Origin: Candidatus Bathyarchaeia archaeon
GTDB lineage: Archaea; Thermoproteota; Bathyarchaeia; Bathyarchaeales; Bathycorpusculaceae
Length of the DNA: 64,000 nucleotides
Direction of reading: 5' to 3'
NCBI GenBank assembly: GCA_038882955.1
Contig: JAVZNC010000003.1
Location: 127,571 to 191,570, forward strand
This document shows positions 37,634 through 47,873 of the stretch, one piece after another (within the stretch, counting starts at the first letter, position 1; each line of letters begins with the position of its first letter). The notes beneath the pieces are model-generated. The model was not told the origin of the DNA. It worked only from the letters and a program-made list of their open reading frames with translations, and searched no databases. The translations under genes were made by a program, and so were the position numbers.

Positions 37634-38722
37634 ATGACTGTTTTGAAAATCTTGGAAACCAATCTCAAAAAGGGCTTTGTTAAGGTTATACCAGAAACCA
37701 TCGATGATTTCTGGCATCTATACAACATAATTTACAAGGGAGATGAAGTTTACGCTTATACTTCCAGAGAGATAAAACCTGAAGAAAAGTATGCAAGACC
37801 AAAACGTGGAGAACGCGTCTCAGTTTTCCTAGGAGTAAAGGTTGAAGAAGTCTCTTGGGACAAGCTCTTGGGAAGACTGCGCATCCACGGAACAATATGT
37901 GAAGCACCGGAAATTGTGCCGACCGGCGCGCATCACACGCTAAACATAACCCTAAACACGCCGATAACAATAGTCAAGAGGGAATGGGCTAAACATCAAA
38001 TTGAGAGGCTTGAGAGGGCGAGCAAAACATCAGAAAAACCAATAATAATAGTGGCTATAGACGATGAAGGCTACGCAATAGCCACAACAACCCAGTACAG
38101 TATAGACGTGAAAATCGAAGAAAATGTTAAGCTTCCAGGAAAACTTGAAGCCGAAAGAAGGGCTGCAGCCACACGTGAATATTTTAAAAAGGCGCTGGAA
38201 AGCCTACGACAAGTTTGGACGCCGACACACGCGCCAATAGCGGTTATAGGCGTTGGTTTCGTGAAAAGCAACTTTGCAAAATTTTTGGAAATGGAAGATG
38301 CTGAAATCGCCAAGCACATAATTGACGTGAAAAGCGTAAACAACAGCGGTGTGGCTGGAATTTATGAGGCTCTACGCTCTGGAGTGCTACAAAAAACAAT
38401 GATGCAACAAAGGATAATCGAAGAAACAGAGGTTGTTGAGGAAATCCTAAAAAGGCTTGGAAAAGGAGAACGAACAGTTACTTATGGATTTGCTGATGTG
38501 GAAAAGGCTGTAGAGCTTGGAGCAGTTGAAAAGCTTGTTTTGGCAGACACAATGCTGCGTGAAGCCTCAGACGAGGAACGCTTACACGTGGAAGAGCTGA
38601 TGAAAAATGTTGAAAAAGCTGGCGGAAGCATAATCGTCATAAGCACAGAACACGAAGCTGGAGCAAAGCTTGTGGCTTTGGGCGGAATAGCGGCGCTATT
38701 GCGCTTTTCAATGCCGAATTAG
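37634..38722 (+). CDS. pelA: mRNA surveillance protein Pelota
   Basis: PETIDDFWHLYNII, RLRIHG, GAHHTLNI, LGGIAALLRF. Confidence 0.93.
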   Translation: MTVLKILETNLKKGFVKVIPETIDDFWHLYNIIYKGDEVYAYTSREIKPEEKYARPKRGERVSVFLGVKVEEVSWDKLLGRLRIHGTICEAPEIVPTGAHHTLNITLNTPITIVKREWAKHQIERLERASKTSEKPIIIVAIDDEGYAIATTTQYSIDVKIEENVKLPGKLEAERRAAATREYFKKALESLRQVWTPTHAPIAVIGVGFVKSNFAKFLEMEDAEIAKHIIDVKSVNNSGVAGIYEALRSGVLQKTMMQQRIIEETEVVEEILKRLGKGERTVTYGFADVEKAVELGAVEKLVLADTMLREASDEERLHVEELMKNVEKAGGSIIVISTEHEAGAKLVALGGIAALLRFSMPN

Positions 38723-39426
38723 CCAAGAGCCAAACGTCTACGAACGGCTGGATTCTGCTCAGCAAGTCTCTTCAACGCCATCTCAAATGTCTCGCCGCTT
38801 GAAAGCTCTTTTTCAATGAAAACGCCAGTTCGCCCCACATCATCTCTTCTGAGAAGTGCGTGAACACGGTCTAAAACAGTTTCAACAGATATTCCCAAAA
38901 GCTTTGCAACGTGATTCTCGCGCCCTATAACCGAACTTTCAACGTGCCCCTTCTCCGTCGGTTCAATAAGCATCAAACGCTTATCAACGCCAGCTACACG
39001 CAAACCCGCTTTTAAACCCTCAAGCGTAACCTCGCCGCCGAACTTGTAAAATTCCCGCTCGACCTTGCGTATACCCATAAGTGGAAAGGAAATCGTCGTT
39101 TTCTCGTCTATTTCAATGTAGGCTTTCATGGCGTAGGCGGGCGTGGCTTGCACAACCAAACGCCTATTAACGCTAATGCCTGCCCTTTCAACCGCTGTTT
39201 CCACAACAAAAGACGAAACTTGATACGGTATGAAAACGTCTATGTCGCTCTTTTCATTCACGTCGCCTCTGGCAATGCTGCCATGCACGATGGCGCTTAA
39301 ATGAAACTTTTCTAAAACATCCATTAGCTGCATAGCCTTGGCTCTAAACTTCTTAAGCAGAAGCCACCGCCGTGCGTCATAGATAATTTCTCGCTGTTCT
39401 AGACGCCTTTCTGGTTTTTTAGTCAT
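38719..39426 (-). CDS. Conserved archaeal nucleotidyltransferase-domain protein
   Basis: HGSIARGDVNEKSDIDV, EFYKFGG, GVDKRL, GRTGVF. Confidence 0.85.
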   Translation of the reverse strand: MTKKPERRLEQREIIYDARRWLLLKKFRAKAMQLMDVLEKFHLSAIVHGSIARGDVNEKSDIDVFIPYQVSSFVVETAVERAGISVNRRLVVQATPAYAMKAYIEIDEKTTISFPLMGIRKVEREFYKFGGEVTLEGLKAGLRVAGVDKRLMLIEPTEKGHVESSVIGRENHVAKLLGISVETVLDRVHALLRRDDVGRTGVFIEKELSSGETFEMALKRLAEQNPAVRRRLALG

Positions 39427-39495
39427 GCCGTTTACCTATTCAAAAACTATAGGTAAGAGAAGAATTATTTAGGTAATTCCAGAAAGTGGGCAAGA

Positions 39496-40434
39496 ATGGA
39501 AAAGGCGGCAACATGTAGCATATGCAAGCGCAGAGAAGCATTCTTTTTTAGGCAGTATTCTGGAGAAAGGCTTTGTAGAAAATGTTTTGCCGAATCCATC
39601 GAGGAGAAGGTTAGGGCAACAATAGCGAAATACAAAATGTTCGATTTTGATGATAAGATAGCAGTGGCGGTTTCTGGCGGCAAAGACAGCGTAAGCCTAC
39701 TCCACATTTTGGCAAAAATAGAGCGGGACTACCCAAAGGCTTCGCTTGTCGCGGTAACAGTTGATGAGGGGATAAGGGGATATAGGGACGAAGCCCTAAG
39801 AATAGCCGCGGAAAACTGCAGAAAACTCGGCGTAGAACATCACACGGTTTCATTCAAAGAGCTTTACGGTTACACGCTTGACGAAATCGTCGAGAAAGCA
39901 GTTAAAAGAAAAAGCGAGTTAACGCCATGCGCTTACTGCGGCGTCTTAAGAAGAAGAGCGTTAAACACTGCTGCAAGAGACCTAAAGGCAGACAAAATTG
40001 CGACAGCGCATACGCTCGATGATGAAACACAAACGATTTTACTAAACATGTTTCACGGTGATGTACTGCGCATAGCACGCGAAAAGCCAGTGACAGACGA
40101 AAAGCACCCAAAACTTGTGCAGAAAGTTAAGCCATTCTGCGAAATCCCAGAAAAGGAAACCGCATTATACGCTTACGTCAAGAATATACGTTTTCAGAGC
40201 AAACCATGCCCATACGCTCAAGAAGCACTGCGAAACGACATACGCATCATGCTAAACAGAATAGAAGAGAAACATGCAGGAACAAAATTCACAATATTTA
40301 AGGCGATAGAGAAAATTCGCCCAGCATTGGAGAAAATTTCCGAAAAAGAAGGGTTAAAGGAATGTGTTGAATGTGGAGAACCAACAACAGCAAAGATATG
40401 CAAGACATGCCAAATGCTTAAGGAAATCGTCTAG
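39496..40434 (+). CDS. tRNA 2-thiolation protein (TtuA/NcsA family)
   Basis: N- and C-terminal Zn fingers, SGGKDS PP-loop, CAYCGVLRR, CPY. Confidence 0.88.
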   Translation: MEKAATCSICKRREAFFFRQYSGERLCRKCFAESIEEKVRATIAKYKMFDFDDKIAVAVSGGKDSVSLLHILAKIERDYPKASLVAVTVDEGIRGYRDEALRIAAENCRKLGVEHHTVSFKELYGYTLDEIVEKAVKRKSELTPCAYCGVLRRRALNTAARDLKADKIATAHTLDDETQTILLNMFHGDVLRIAREKPVTDEKHPKLVQKVKPFCEIPEKETALYAYVKNIRFQSKPCPYAQEALRNDIRIMLNRIEEKHAGTKFTIFKAIEKIRPALEKISEKEGLKECVECGEPTTAKICKTCQMLKEIV

Positions 40435-40475
40435 CCATACGCATAAAATTGAACCGATATTCTAATTAACAAGGA

Positions 40476-41246
40476 TTGTTGAAAAGAAAAACAATGGACC
40501 CAATAATACCGATTCTGTCATCAGTAACAATCGTGAGCCTAATCGCCTTCGTAGGAATAATATTCATAGGCCTAAACGAAAAAGCATTAAAACGCGTCTT
40601 AACAGCCCTCGTAGGCTTCGCCTCTGGAACATTATTAGGCGACGCCTTCTTGCATCTAATACCTGAAGCCATACCAGAATCAACATCAAACCAAAACGAA
40701 GTGATGATGCCCTTCTATTACGTAATACTTGGCATAGTCGCATTCTTCGCTCTAGAAAAGTTCCTTTACTGGCGCCACTGCCACGAAGAAACATGCCCAG
40801 CGCACATGTTCGTCTACCTCAACCTTGTGGGAGACGGAATCCACAACTTCATTGACGGAATGATAATCGCCGCCACGTTTATAGTAAACTTTGAACTTGG
40901 ATTCGCCACAACCCTCGCGGTAGTTTTCCACGAAATCCCGCAGGAAATAGGCGACTTTGGAATACTAATATACGGGGGGCTAAGCAAAAAGAAAGCATTA
41001 ACTTACAACTTTGCCTCTGCAGTGACGGCAATCCTAGGCGCAATAGTGACATACTTTCTAACGGCAGTTCAAGACTTGCAGATGCTGCTCGTTCCATTCG
41101 CGGCAGGCGGCTTCATCTACATTGCAGCAACCGACCTAATGCCAGAACTGCACAAAAAATCTCAAGCACCAACATCGCTGATTCAGCTAATAACAATACT
41201 GTTGGGAATAGCGCTCATGGCTTACATCAGAGTTATCAGCGGCTAA
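40476..41246 (+). CDS. ZIP family metal transporter
   Basis: GDAFLHLIPE, DGIHNFIDG, HEIPQEIGDF. Confidence 0.92.
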   Translation: MLKRKTMDPIIPILSSVTIVSLIAFVGIIFIGLNEKALKRVLTALVGFASGTLLGDAFLHLIPEAIPESTSNQNEVMMPFYYVILGIVAFFALEKFLYWRHCHEETCPAHMFVYLNLVGDGIHNFIDGMIIAATFIVNFELGFATTLAVVFHEIPQEIGDFGILIYGGLSKKKALTYNFASAVTAILGAIVTYFLTAVQDLQMLLVPFAAGGFIYIAATDLMPELHKKSQAPTSLIQLITILLGIALMAYIRVISG

Positions 41247-41430
41247 CAGAACCACTTTTCAAACTCCGCAACAAAGCCGAAGCCTCAAAAGCGTTTTTAG
41301 CTGAAGCAACCTTCTTCGCCCTGCGCAAATCCAATTTGAAGCCGCAGTAAGGACAAGTTCTTGTTTTCTGTTCAACCCTAGCCAACAAGAGCCCACCACA
41401 CTTGCCACAGACAACAACTAGGAAGGACAT
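41236..41430 (-). CDS. Small zinc-ribbon protein (DUF1922-like)
   Basis: CGKCG...KTRTCPYCG. Start moved to ATG 41430. Confidence 0.7.
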   Translation of the reverse strand: MSFLVVVCGKCGGLLLARVEQKTRTCPYCGFKLDLRRAKKVASAKNAFEASALLRSLKSGSVSR

Positions 41431-41499
41431 AGACCATTTCACCAATCGAAAACCTTTTCCACAATCAACTAAATAACGTTTAGTGCCAGTGATAACCAA

Positions 41500-41868
41500 A
41501 TGAGCGCAGAAGAACAAAGAGAGGCAAAACCCCAAAGCGAATTACTTAACTTGGCAGTGAAATACCTAAAAAAGGAAGGTTATAAGATAGAGCAAGAAAA
41601 GACGGTTTTAGAGGGAAGAACGGGCGTTTTAAGAAAATTCGACCTAATAGTGCAACGGGGACGCATCACGCAAGGGGTTTGGATAAGGGACTGGAATAGA
41701 ACAATAGGAATAAACATGGTCATAAACCTTGACAAGGCATCGGAAGACGCTGGACTTTCGAACCCAATATTGGTTGGAGAAAAGTTCAGCGACCACGCAA
41801 AGGCTTACGCAAACAGAAGAAAAATCACGCTCATAACGAAGAGGCAAATACTCACAAGTCTAAGATAA
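41500..41868 (+). CDS. Mrr-cat-like restriction endonuclease-fold protein, probably inactive
   Basis: YLKKEGY, GRTG...FDL and FSDHAKAYA; the ExK position reads WIR. Confidence 0.65.
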   Translation: MSAEEQREAKPQSELLNLAVKYLKKEGYKIEQEKTVLEGRTGVLRKFDLIVQRGRITQGVWIRDWNRTIGINMVINLDKASEDAGLSNPILVGEKFSDHAKAYANRRKITLITKRQILTSLR

Positions 41869-41877
41869 GGCTAAGCC

Positions 41878-42483
41878 TTAAATCCTCAAATATTCATCCA
41901 GCAACCCTTCGCTCTCCAATTTGCCAAGCCAATCAACAACACCAACACGACATCTAACGCGTCCACCAACAACACCCAAAATTTCCCGAACAACATCTTC
42001 CACGCTTTTTCCAGTAACATTCAACTCGCAAACCTTATCCACACCATAAGCCTTTACAGCTTCAAAAAGGCAAACATCCAAAATCTCAGCCGCCAAATTC
42101 TCCCACAATTTGCGCCCAGAGAAACCAGCTTTCTCCATAAAATCACGCAACTCCACGGGGTCCCTCCTCAAAACAAAAACATGCGACACAAATCGTTTAG
42201 GAACAACATGAACAGCGTAATGCCCATCAACAACAACATCTCTATCAGATTTCTCGATGATATCAGAGATTTTACGTTGCATACGAAACCCATCAACGAT
42301 GATGGAATCTCGCTCTTTATCAATGCTAGAAACAAGATTTTCATTTAAAGCCAACTCAGTCAAATTAACGTAAAAAGCATCGATCTTCGAAGCTAGAAGA
42401 CGGGCAACAGAAGTTTTACCAACACAAGGTGTCCCCATAATAAGGAAAACACGCCTAACGTTCTTTGAAGGTTTGGTCAACAA
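41878..42483 (-). CDS. Adenylate kinase, AK6/Fap7 family
   Basis: GTPCVGKTS, VVDGHY, ENLAAEILD, VDWL. Confidence 0.88.
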   Translation of the reverse strand: MLTKPSKNVRRVFLIMGTPCVGKTSVARLLASKIDAFYVNLTELALNENLVSSIDKERDSIIVDGFRMQRKISDIIEKSDRDVVVDGHYAVHVVPKRFVSHVFVLRRDPVELRDFMEKAGFSGRKLWENLAAEILDVCLFEAVKAYGVDKVCELNVTGKSVEDVVREILGVVGGRVRCRVGVVDWLGKLESEGLLDEYLRI

Positions 42484-42502
42484 TCTTATAACATCCTACA
42501 TC

Positions 42503-43198
42503 TTAAACCTTAAACAACTTAACTTTAATTTTAATGACAAACATTTCAAAAAACACAAGAACAAGGGCAAACAGAAAAACAGCAAACTGCCAACTAACAG
42601 CACCTGCAATCGAACTCGCTTGAATTATCAGCCCCATAAATTGACAAAAAGTAAATAAAGCTGGATAAAAGACGTATGGCAACAACATAGAAAGCAAAAG
42701 CAAAAAAATTGTTACGCCAAGATAATAATTACTTAGTTTCCGCGTAAAGAGTTTAAGATGGGAAAAAACCTTTAGATCGCCAACCCCTAGGCTATCGCCA
42801 TTATGTATGGCATTTAGGAAAAGTTTAGAGTTTCCATAAACGTCAAAGGCATCATCCAAAACAATTAGATTCAACGCTGTAAGAATAAAGAAAATGCTTA
42901 AAACAAGACCTGCTGCAATCATGAAAAACAAAAATAGCGAAACAAGAAACGCCGTAAAACTCGCTATAAACACCGAAGTAAGCAAATAACTATGAATTAT
43001 TTTCCCATGGCTCGCATAAGGATTAAAAACAACAAAGGTTTTATCAAAAATTTTAGCAGACAAATTTTTCGGTAAACTATCTAGTTCCCTAAACTTCAAA
43101 CGAAAAACTATTGATAGAACCAAGGCTAGACAGCCCATTGCAAACAAGATTAATGAAGCAAACAAAATGGGCAAATCCAATGCACATACACCTAACAT
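42503..43198 (-). CDS. Hypothetical membrane protein
   Basis: 231-aa ORF with about five TM helices. Confidence 0.6.
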   Translation of the reverse strand: MLGVCALDLPILFASLILFAMGCLALVLSIVFRLKFRELDSLPKNLSAKIFDKTFVVFNPYASHGKIIHSYLLTSVFIASFTAFLVSLFLFFMIAAGLVLSIFFILTALNLIVLDDAFDVYGNSKLFLNAIHNGDSLGVGDLKVFSHLKLFTRKLSNYYLGVTIFLLLLSMLLPYVFYPALFTFCQFMGLIIQASSIAGAVSWQFAVFLFALVLVFFEMFVIKIKVKLFKV

Positions 43199-43274
43199 AG
43201 AATAAAAACCATAAGCAAAAATAAATGCTTAACGCAAACAAAACTTTATCGCTAACCTCACAAAATACTATCTT

Positions 43275-43592
43275 GGGCTGGCGAGTCGGCGAAGTGGCTT
43301 TCGAGCCTCTGCTGAAGAGGCTTGAGGAAACTCCGCCCACACGTAGAATTGCAACGCCCGCAAGGGCGTAAGGCGAGAGCCTTGGCAACGGAGCAGAAAC
43401 GAAACGTCCATCCAGCAAGTGCCAATGAGACATGCTAAGTTGTCGAGAAGGCTGGGTGGAAACGGTGAAACGGCCGCCCTGCAAGTGGAAAGGGCAAACA
43501 GTCGCTGATGAGGAATCTACCCAAAGCGCGGGTAGCCCGATTAGTCGAATGCCACCAAAACAGAAGGCGGGTTACAGCCAAAACGCCAGCCC
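43275..43592 (+). ncRNA. rnpB: RNase P RNA
   Basis: GAGGAAACTCCGCCC and AAACAGAAGGCGGGTTA (P4), GCAACGG, GAAACGG, terminal helix GGGCTGGCG/CGCCAGCCC. Confidence 0.93.
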
Positions 43593-43720
43593 TACTTGCG
43601 TTTTCTGAAGATTTTAACGCCTTACATGCAGGTTACATATTCAAATCCAGTCGTTAAGAGGGCACGAGCGGAAAGCAAAATTTAACTCTTTAAAGCATCA
43701 AGTCGCAGCATTTTTGCCTA

Positions 43721-44927
43721 TCATGTTTTTAAAACATGCTTTTCCCAGATTATTGTAAGCAGCGCAACTAATAATGTGAGTACCCCACCAATCAGAAACG
43801 GTTGAATTGGAAAAGATTCATATAAGATGCCCCCAATTCCGGCTGCGGCTGTTTGAATTGTTCCAATAAAGACCGTGAAAATTGCGAACATGGCACCAGC
43901 CGACGTCTTTTCTGAACATGTTCCAGCGATGGATCTAGCCAAAGCAGATGATACTCTGCCGCCTCCCATCATGAAAACAGCCAATGGAATCAGGAAAAAA
44001 GGACTTGGAAAGGCAAAAAGTAGCGCACACCCGCTCACTATCATTAAACTCAAAAGGAGAGCTTTGCTGCTGGCGCCTTTCGTTCCCATTCCTCCAATGG
44101 TCAACCCTAAAATTGCCTCCCCAGCATAGGAGATGGAGCCCATTACCAAAATGGTTGATTTGTCAAGTCCATATCTGTCACTAAGCATGGCAGAAACGAA
44201 AGGAGAAAAAAGGGTAATACCAAAAGCAAATGCCATAAAGAGAGACATCCATAATATGAATCTCCTATTTTTGAGTGAAGCGCGAAAATCTGCAAAGGCT
44301 CCGCCTAGTTTTTCCTTCTTTGGAGGAATCTGCGGGGATATGAAAAACAGCGTAAGAGCGGAAAGTAAGCCAAACGCGAAACTAAGCCTAAAGATCCATT
44401 TCATATTCCAGAAAATGAGAAGGACAGCGCCTAAAAGGGGAGAAAAATCAGCCCAAAAGAGTAGCCCATCTCTGTGAAGGTAAACGCTCTAGCCATCCTT
44501 TCTTTTGAAGTCAACGCCGCAATATAAGAGTCTTCAGCTGGCCCGCCAATAGTTGCGAGGGAATAAACCAACATAGCAGGAACCAGATGCCACCATTCAG
44601 TAGCAAAAGAATAAATGAGCGAGGAAAACGACCCGAACATAAATATGTAGATTATAAGCTTCTTTCTGTCAAACCTGTCAGCTAGGAAGCCTCCCAGCAG
44701 AACGGACAATGTATATATACAAGAAACATAAATGAATACAGAAAACCTATCTCCATTCCAGTTCCCCCGAGCTCCATGACATATACAGGCAAGATGAAGA
44801 AATATAGGCCCTCGCCAAAAGTCCATAACATATGTGCAAAGAAAATCAGCTTCAAATCCTTAGGTAGAGATAAAACTTCTTGCATGCCCGCTAAGACAAG
44901 GTTTTGCGTTCTCTCCGCATCTGCCAT
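43721..44927 (-). pseudogene. MFS transporter interrupted by two frameshifts
   Basis: Three consecutive ORF pieces join into one MFS protein (GGFLADRFDRKK motif A); shifts near 44715 (AT repeat) and 44445 (T run). Confidence 0.75.
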
Positions 44928-45228
44928 ATCATATGCACATACAATTTGATTTTTCTTTTCAATAATTACCTTACAGCATAATTTGTATTAAAATCTTGAG
45001 AAATTATGGTATCTTTAGGAGATTTCTCCACACGTTAATGTTCAACTTCCATCCCAGCTCTAGCGTTTCACATGGCATATAACAGTGAACTGTTGAACCG
45101 CGCAGCATGGCTTTTAAGAAGAGCAACAAAGAATCAACTATGTGAGGAAGCAAATTTTCCGGACACAAATTATATGTGCATAAATTATAAGGGATGGTAC
45201 AGAAATAGAGTGAATAAGGTGAAGTTGC

Positions 45229-45579
45229 ATGAAAGTTTTCCATTACAGAGAAGTTAAAGTGGAAGAAGCCAAAGAAGAAGGAGCTTCAAAACTGAAGGTC
45301 CGTTGGCTGATTACAAAGGATCTAGGCGCCGAAAACTTCGCCATGAGACTTTTCGAGATGGAGCCCGGAGGACATAGTCCACTCCACAGCCATCCATGGG
45401 AGCATGAAGTCTTCATATTAGAAGGCGAGGGCGTTGTTGTTGGTGTTGAAGGTAAAAAAAAGCTTAAGGCTGGCTGCGTCGTTTTTGTTCCTCCAGGTGA
45501 GAAGCACCAGTTTAGAAACAACGGAGACAAAACTCTCAAATTCTTATGTCTTGTGCCCCACCACCAAGGGTCCAAATAG
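45229..45579 (+). CDS. Cupin domain protein
   Basis: HSHPWEHEVFILEG and PPGEKHQF. Confidence 0.9.
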   Translation: MKVFHYREVKVEEAKEEGASKLKVRWLITKDLGAENFAMRLFEMEPGGHSPLHSHPWEHEVFILEGEGVVVGVEGKKKLKAGCVVFVPPGEKHQFRNNGDKTLKFLCLVPHHQGSK

Positions 45580-45628
45580 CCAATTAACATTTCCACTGTT
45601 TTAGAGATTCGCTAAAAATATATGCTGG

Positions 45629-47050
45629 TTGTTACATCTAGTTTTGGGTTTCAAGGTGAACAGTCATTTGAAATACGACGTGATAATTGTTGGCGCTGGT
45701 CCAGCCGGGATATTCTCGGCCTTAGAGCTTGTTGGAAAAAGCGACTTAAACATTTTGATGTTGGATAGGGGACCAGACATCAACAAGCGGAAATGTCCAG
45801 CAAGTCGTGGATTTGAATGTGTGAACTGCGAGCCATGCCTTCTACTTTCTGGGTGGGGTGGTGCTGGAGCCTTCAGTGATGGCAAACTGACGCTGTCAAC
45901 CGAAGTTGGCGGGTGGCTAAACCAGTACATGTCAGACAAGGAATTAGGCGAACTAGTGGATTATGTGGATGAAGTCTACTTAAAATTTGGCGCCACCGAA
46001 AATGTGTATGGAACAGACGTTGAAAAAGTGGATGAGATTGAGCGTAAGGCTTCTCTGGCTGGTTTGAAGCTGATTCGGCAAAAAATAAGGCACATGGGAA
46101 CTGAACGTTGTGCCCAAACGCTCGTGAAAATGCGCCAAGCGTTAAATGGCAAAATTGAATTTAAACCGCGAAGCGACGTGAAGGGACTAATAGTTAAGGA
46201 CGGCGTTGTTGAAGGCGTCGAAACAGTTGATGGTGAAAAGTATTATGGCAAATACGTGATTGTTGCGCCTGGGCGAAGTGGCGCCGAGTGGCTCCAGTCT
46301 GAAGCCCAAGCTTTGGGACTTAAAACTTTAAACAACCCCGTGGACGTGGGCATAAGAGTCGAAATTCTAGCCTCTGTAATGGAGGAGCTAACAAAAGCGC
46401 TTTACGAACCAAAGTTCATTTACTATTCAAAATCTTTCGACGACCAAGTGCGCACGTTCTGTGTTGCCCCATACGGCGAAGTCATAACAGAATCTTACAA
46501 CGGCGTTTTAACAGTTAACGGTCAAAGCTATGCAGAACGCAAAACAGAAAACACGAACTTCGCCATCCTCGTCAGCACATCATTCACAGAACCATTCAAG
46601 GAGCCAATAGCCTACGGCAAATACTTGGCGCGCCTCTCAAACCTGCTCAGCGGAGGCGTAATAATCCAGCGTCTAGGCGACTTGGAGTCGGGAAGAAGGT
46701 CAACGCCAGAAAGAATCGCGAGAAGCGTTGTCACGCCTACATTAAAAAACGCCACACCAGGAGACCTAAGCTTCGTTTTGCCATATCGCTACCTAGCCGA
46801 CATAAGGGAGATGCTCCAAGCATTAGACGAAATCGCCCCAGGGATACACTCGAGAGATACGCTTCTCTACGGAATTGAAGTGAAATTCTACTCTTCAAGG
46901 CTACAGCTAAGCAACTGCCTAGAAACAAAAATTCGCAATTTGTTTACAATCGGCGACGGCGCAGGTGTCACACGCGGGCTTGTTCAAGCATCAGCGTCAG
47001 GCGTTATTGTGGCGAGGGAAATAATAAGAAGGGAAAAGGCAAAGGCGTAG
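45629..47050 (+). CDS. NAD(P)/FAD-dependent oxidoreductase
   Basis: IVGAGPAG, GWGGAGAFSDGK, RTFC, IGDGAGVTRGL. Confidence 0.88.
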   Translation: MLHLVLGFKVNSHLKYDVIIVGAGPAGIFSALELVGKSDLNILMLDRGPDINKRKCPASRGFECVNCEPCLLLSGWGGAGAFSDGKLTLSTEVGGWLNQYMSDKELGELVDYVDEVYLKFGATENVYGTDVEKVDEIERKASLAGLKLIRQKIRHMGTERCAQTLVKMRQALNGKIEFKPRSDVKGLIVKDGVVEGVETVDGEKYYGKYVIVAPGRSGAEWLQSEAQALGLKTLNNPVDVGIRVEILASVMEELTKALYEPKFIYYSKSFDDQVRTFCVAPYGEVITESYNGVLTVNGQSYAERKTENTNFAILVSTSFTEPFKEPIAYGKYLARLSNLLSGGVIIQRLGDLESGRRSTPERIARSVVTPTLKNATPGDLSFVLPYRYLADIREMLQALDEIAPGIHSRDTLLYGIEVKFYSSRLQLSNCLETKIRNLFTIGDGAGVTRGLVQASASGVIVAREIIRREKAKA

Positions 47051-47055
47051 CGAAG

Positions 47056-47799
47056 ATGGCGATAGTTGAAAAGATAAGTTGTCCCCACTGCGGAGCACCG
47101 TTGCCATTTGAGCCGGGCGAAATATTTGCGACATGCAGATACTGCGGCTTCACGGTTGTTATAGAAACTGGGAAAGCCTTCGTCTTTGAGCATTCCATGC
47201 TGACAAACAAGTATGACCAAACGAAAATTGAGGAACATGTAAAAGTTTGGATGAGCAGTGGTTTTCTGAAGCCTTCAGACCTAGCTAGAAAATCAAAAAT
47301 AGTTGAAAAGAACCTTGTTTATCTGCCCTTTTGGGTTGTTTCTGCAGAAGTTAAAACACGGTATAAAGGAGTTTTTGAGCGTATAACCCCCGCCATAACT
47401 AAAGAGGGTGCAATCGAAAAGAAGTATGATTGGCTTGTTTTGGCTAGAAAGGCAACGGAATTTCCGACAAGAGAATATGATGTGCCGCTTGAAGGTAAAG
47501 TTCCATATGATTTTAGAAAAATTGAGGGTTTCGCCAAGGTTCTTAACAGTGAAATGGATAAAGATGAGGCTGTGGAGTTGGCAAAGCAGCAGATAGAGGA
47601 GCATCACCGCTATTTAATCCAACAAGATGTTGACAGAATCATTGAAATGAAAAGCGAAGTAAAAGTAAACCAGACAGTTTACTTGCACACGCCAATATGG
47701 TTCATAAAATACGAGTACAAAGGCAAAATTTACCAACTACTTATAGACGGCGCAAGCGGTATGATAATAAAAGGAGATATCCCACTAACCAAACTTTAA
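47056..47799 (+). CDS. Zinc-ribbon-containing hypothetical protein
   Basis: CPHCGA...CRYCG, YLPFW, PIW...IDGASG. Confidence 0.75.
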   Translation: MAIVEKISCPHCGAPLPFEPGEIFATCRYCGFTVVIETGKAFVFEHSMLTNKYDQTKIEEHVKVWMSSGFLKPSDLARKSKIVEKNLVYLPFWVVSAEVKTRYKGVFERITPAITKEGAIEKKYDWLVLARKATEFPTREYDVPLEGKVPYDFRKIEGFAKVLNSEMDKDEAVELAKQQIEEHHRYLIQQDVDRIIEMKSEVKVNQTVYLHTPIWFIKYEYKGKIYQLLIDGASGMIIKGDIPLTKL

Positions 47800-47873
47800 C
47801 TGAACAGCTTCCTCTTTCTCTAAACATTTTTATTCAATCTCTAAATTAATGCCTACGGAGGCGCAGTTCAAAA

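Noticed and set aside
37520-37717. 66-aa N-terminal extension of PolB overlapping pelota
   Set aside because: PolB3-like sequence starts at TTG 37519; the extension spans the divergent intergenic region.
38719-39426. MNT-HEPN toxin-antitoxin pair
   Set aside because: No HEPN partner nearby; it is a longer conserved archaeal NTase in a housekeeping context.
43089-43484. ORFs over RNA genes (also 2573-2785, 3178-3369, 21132-21351)
   Set aside because: They overlap RNase P RNA, tRNAs or 5S rRNA and are spurious.
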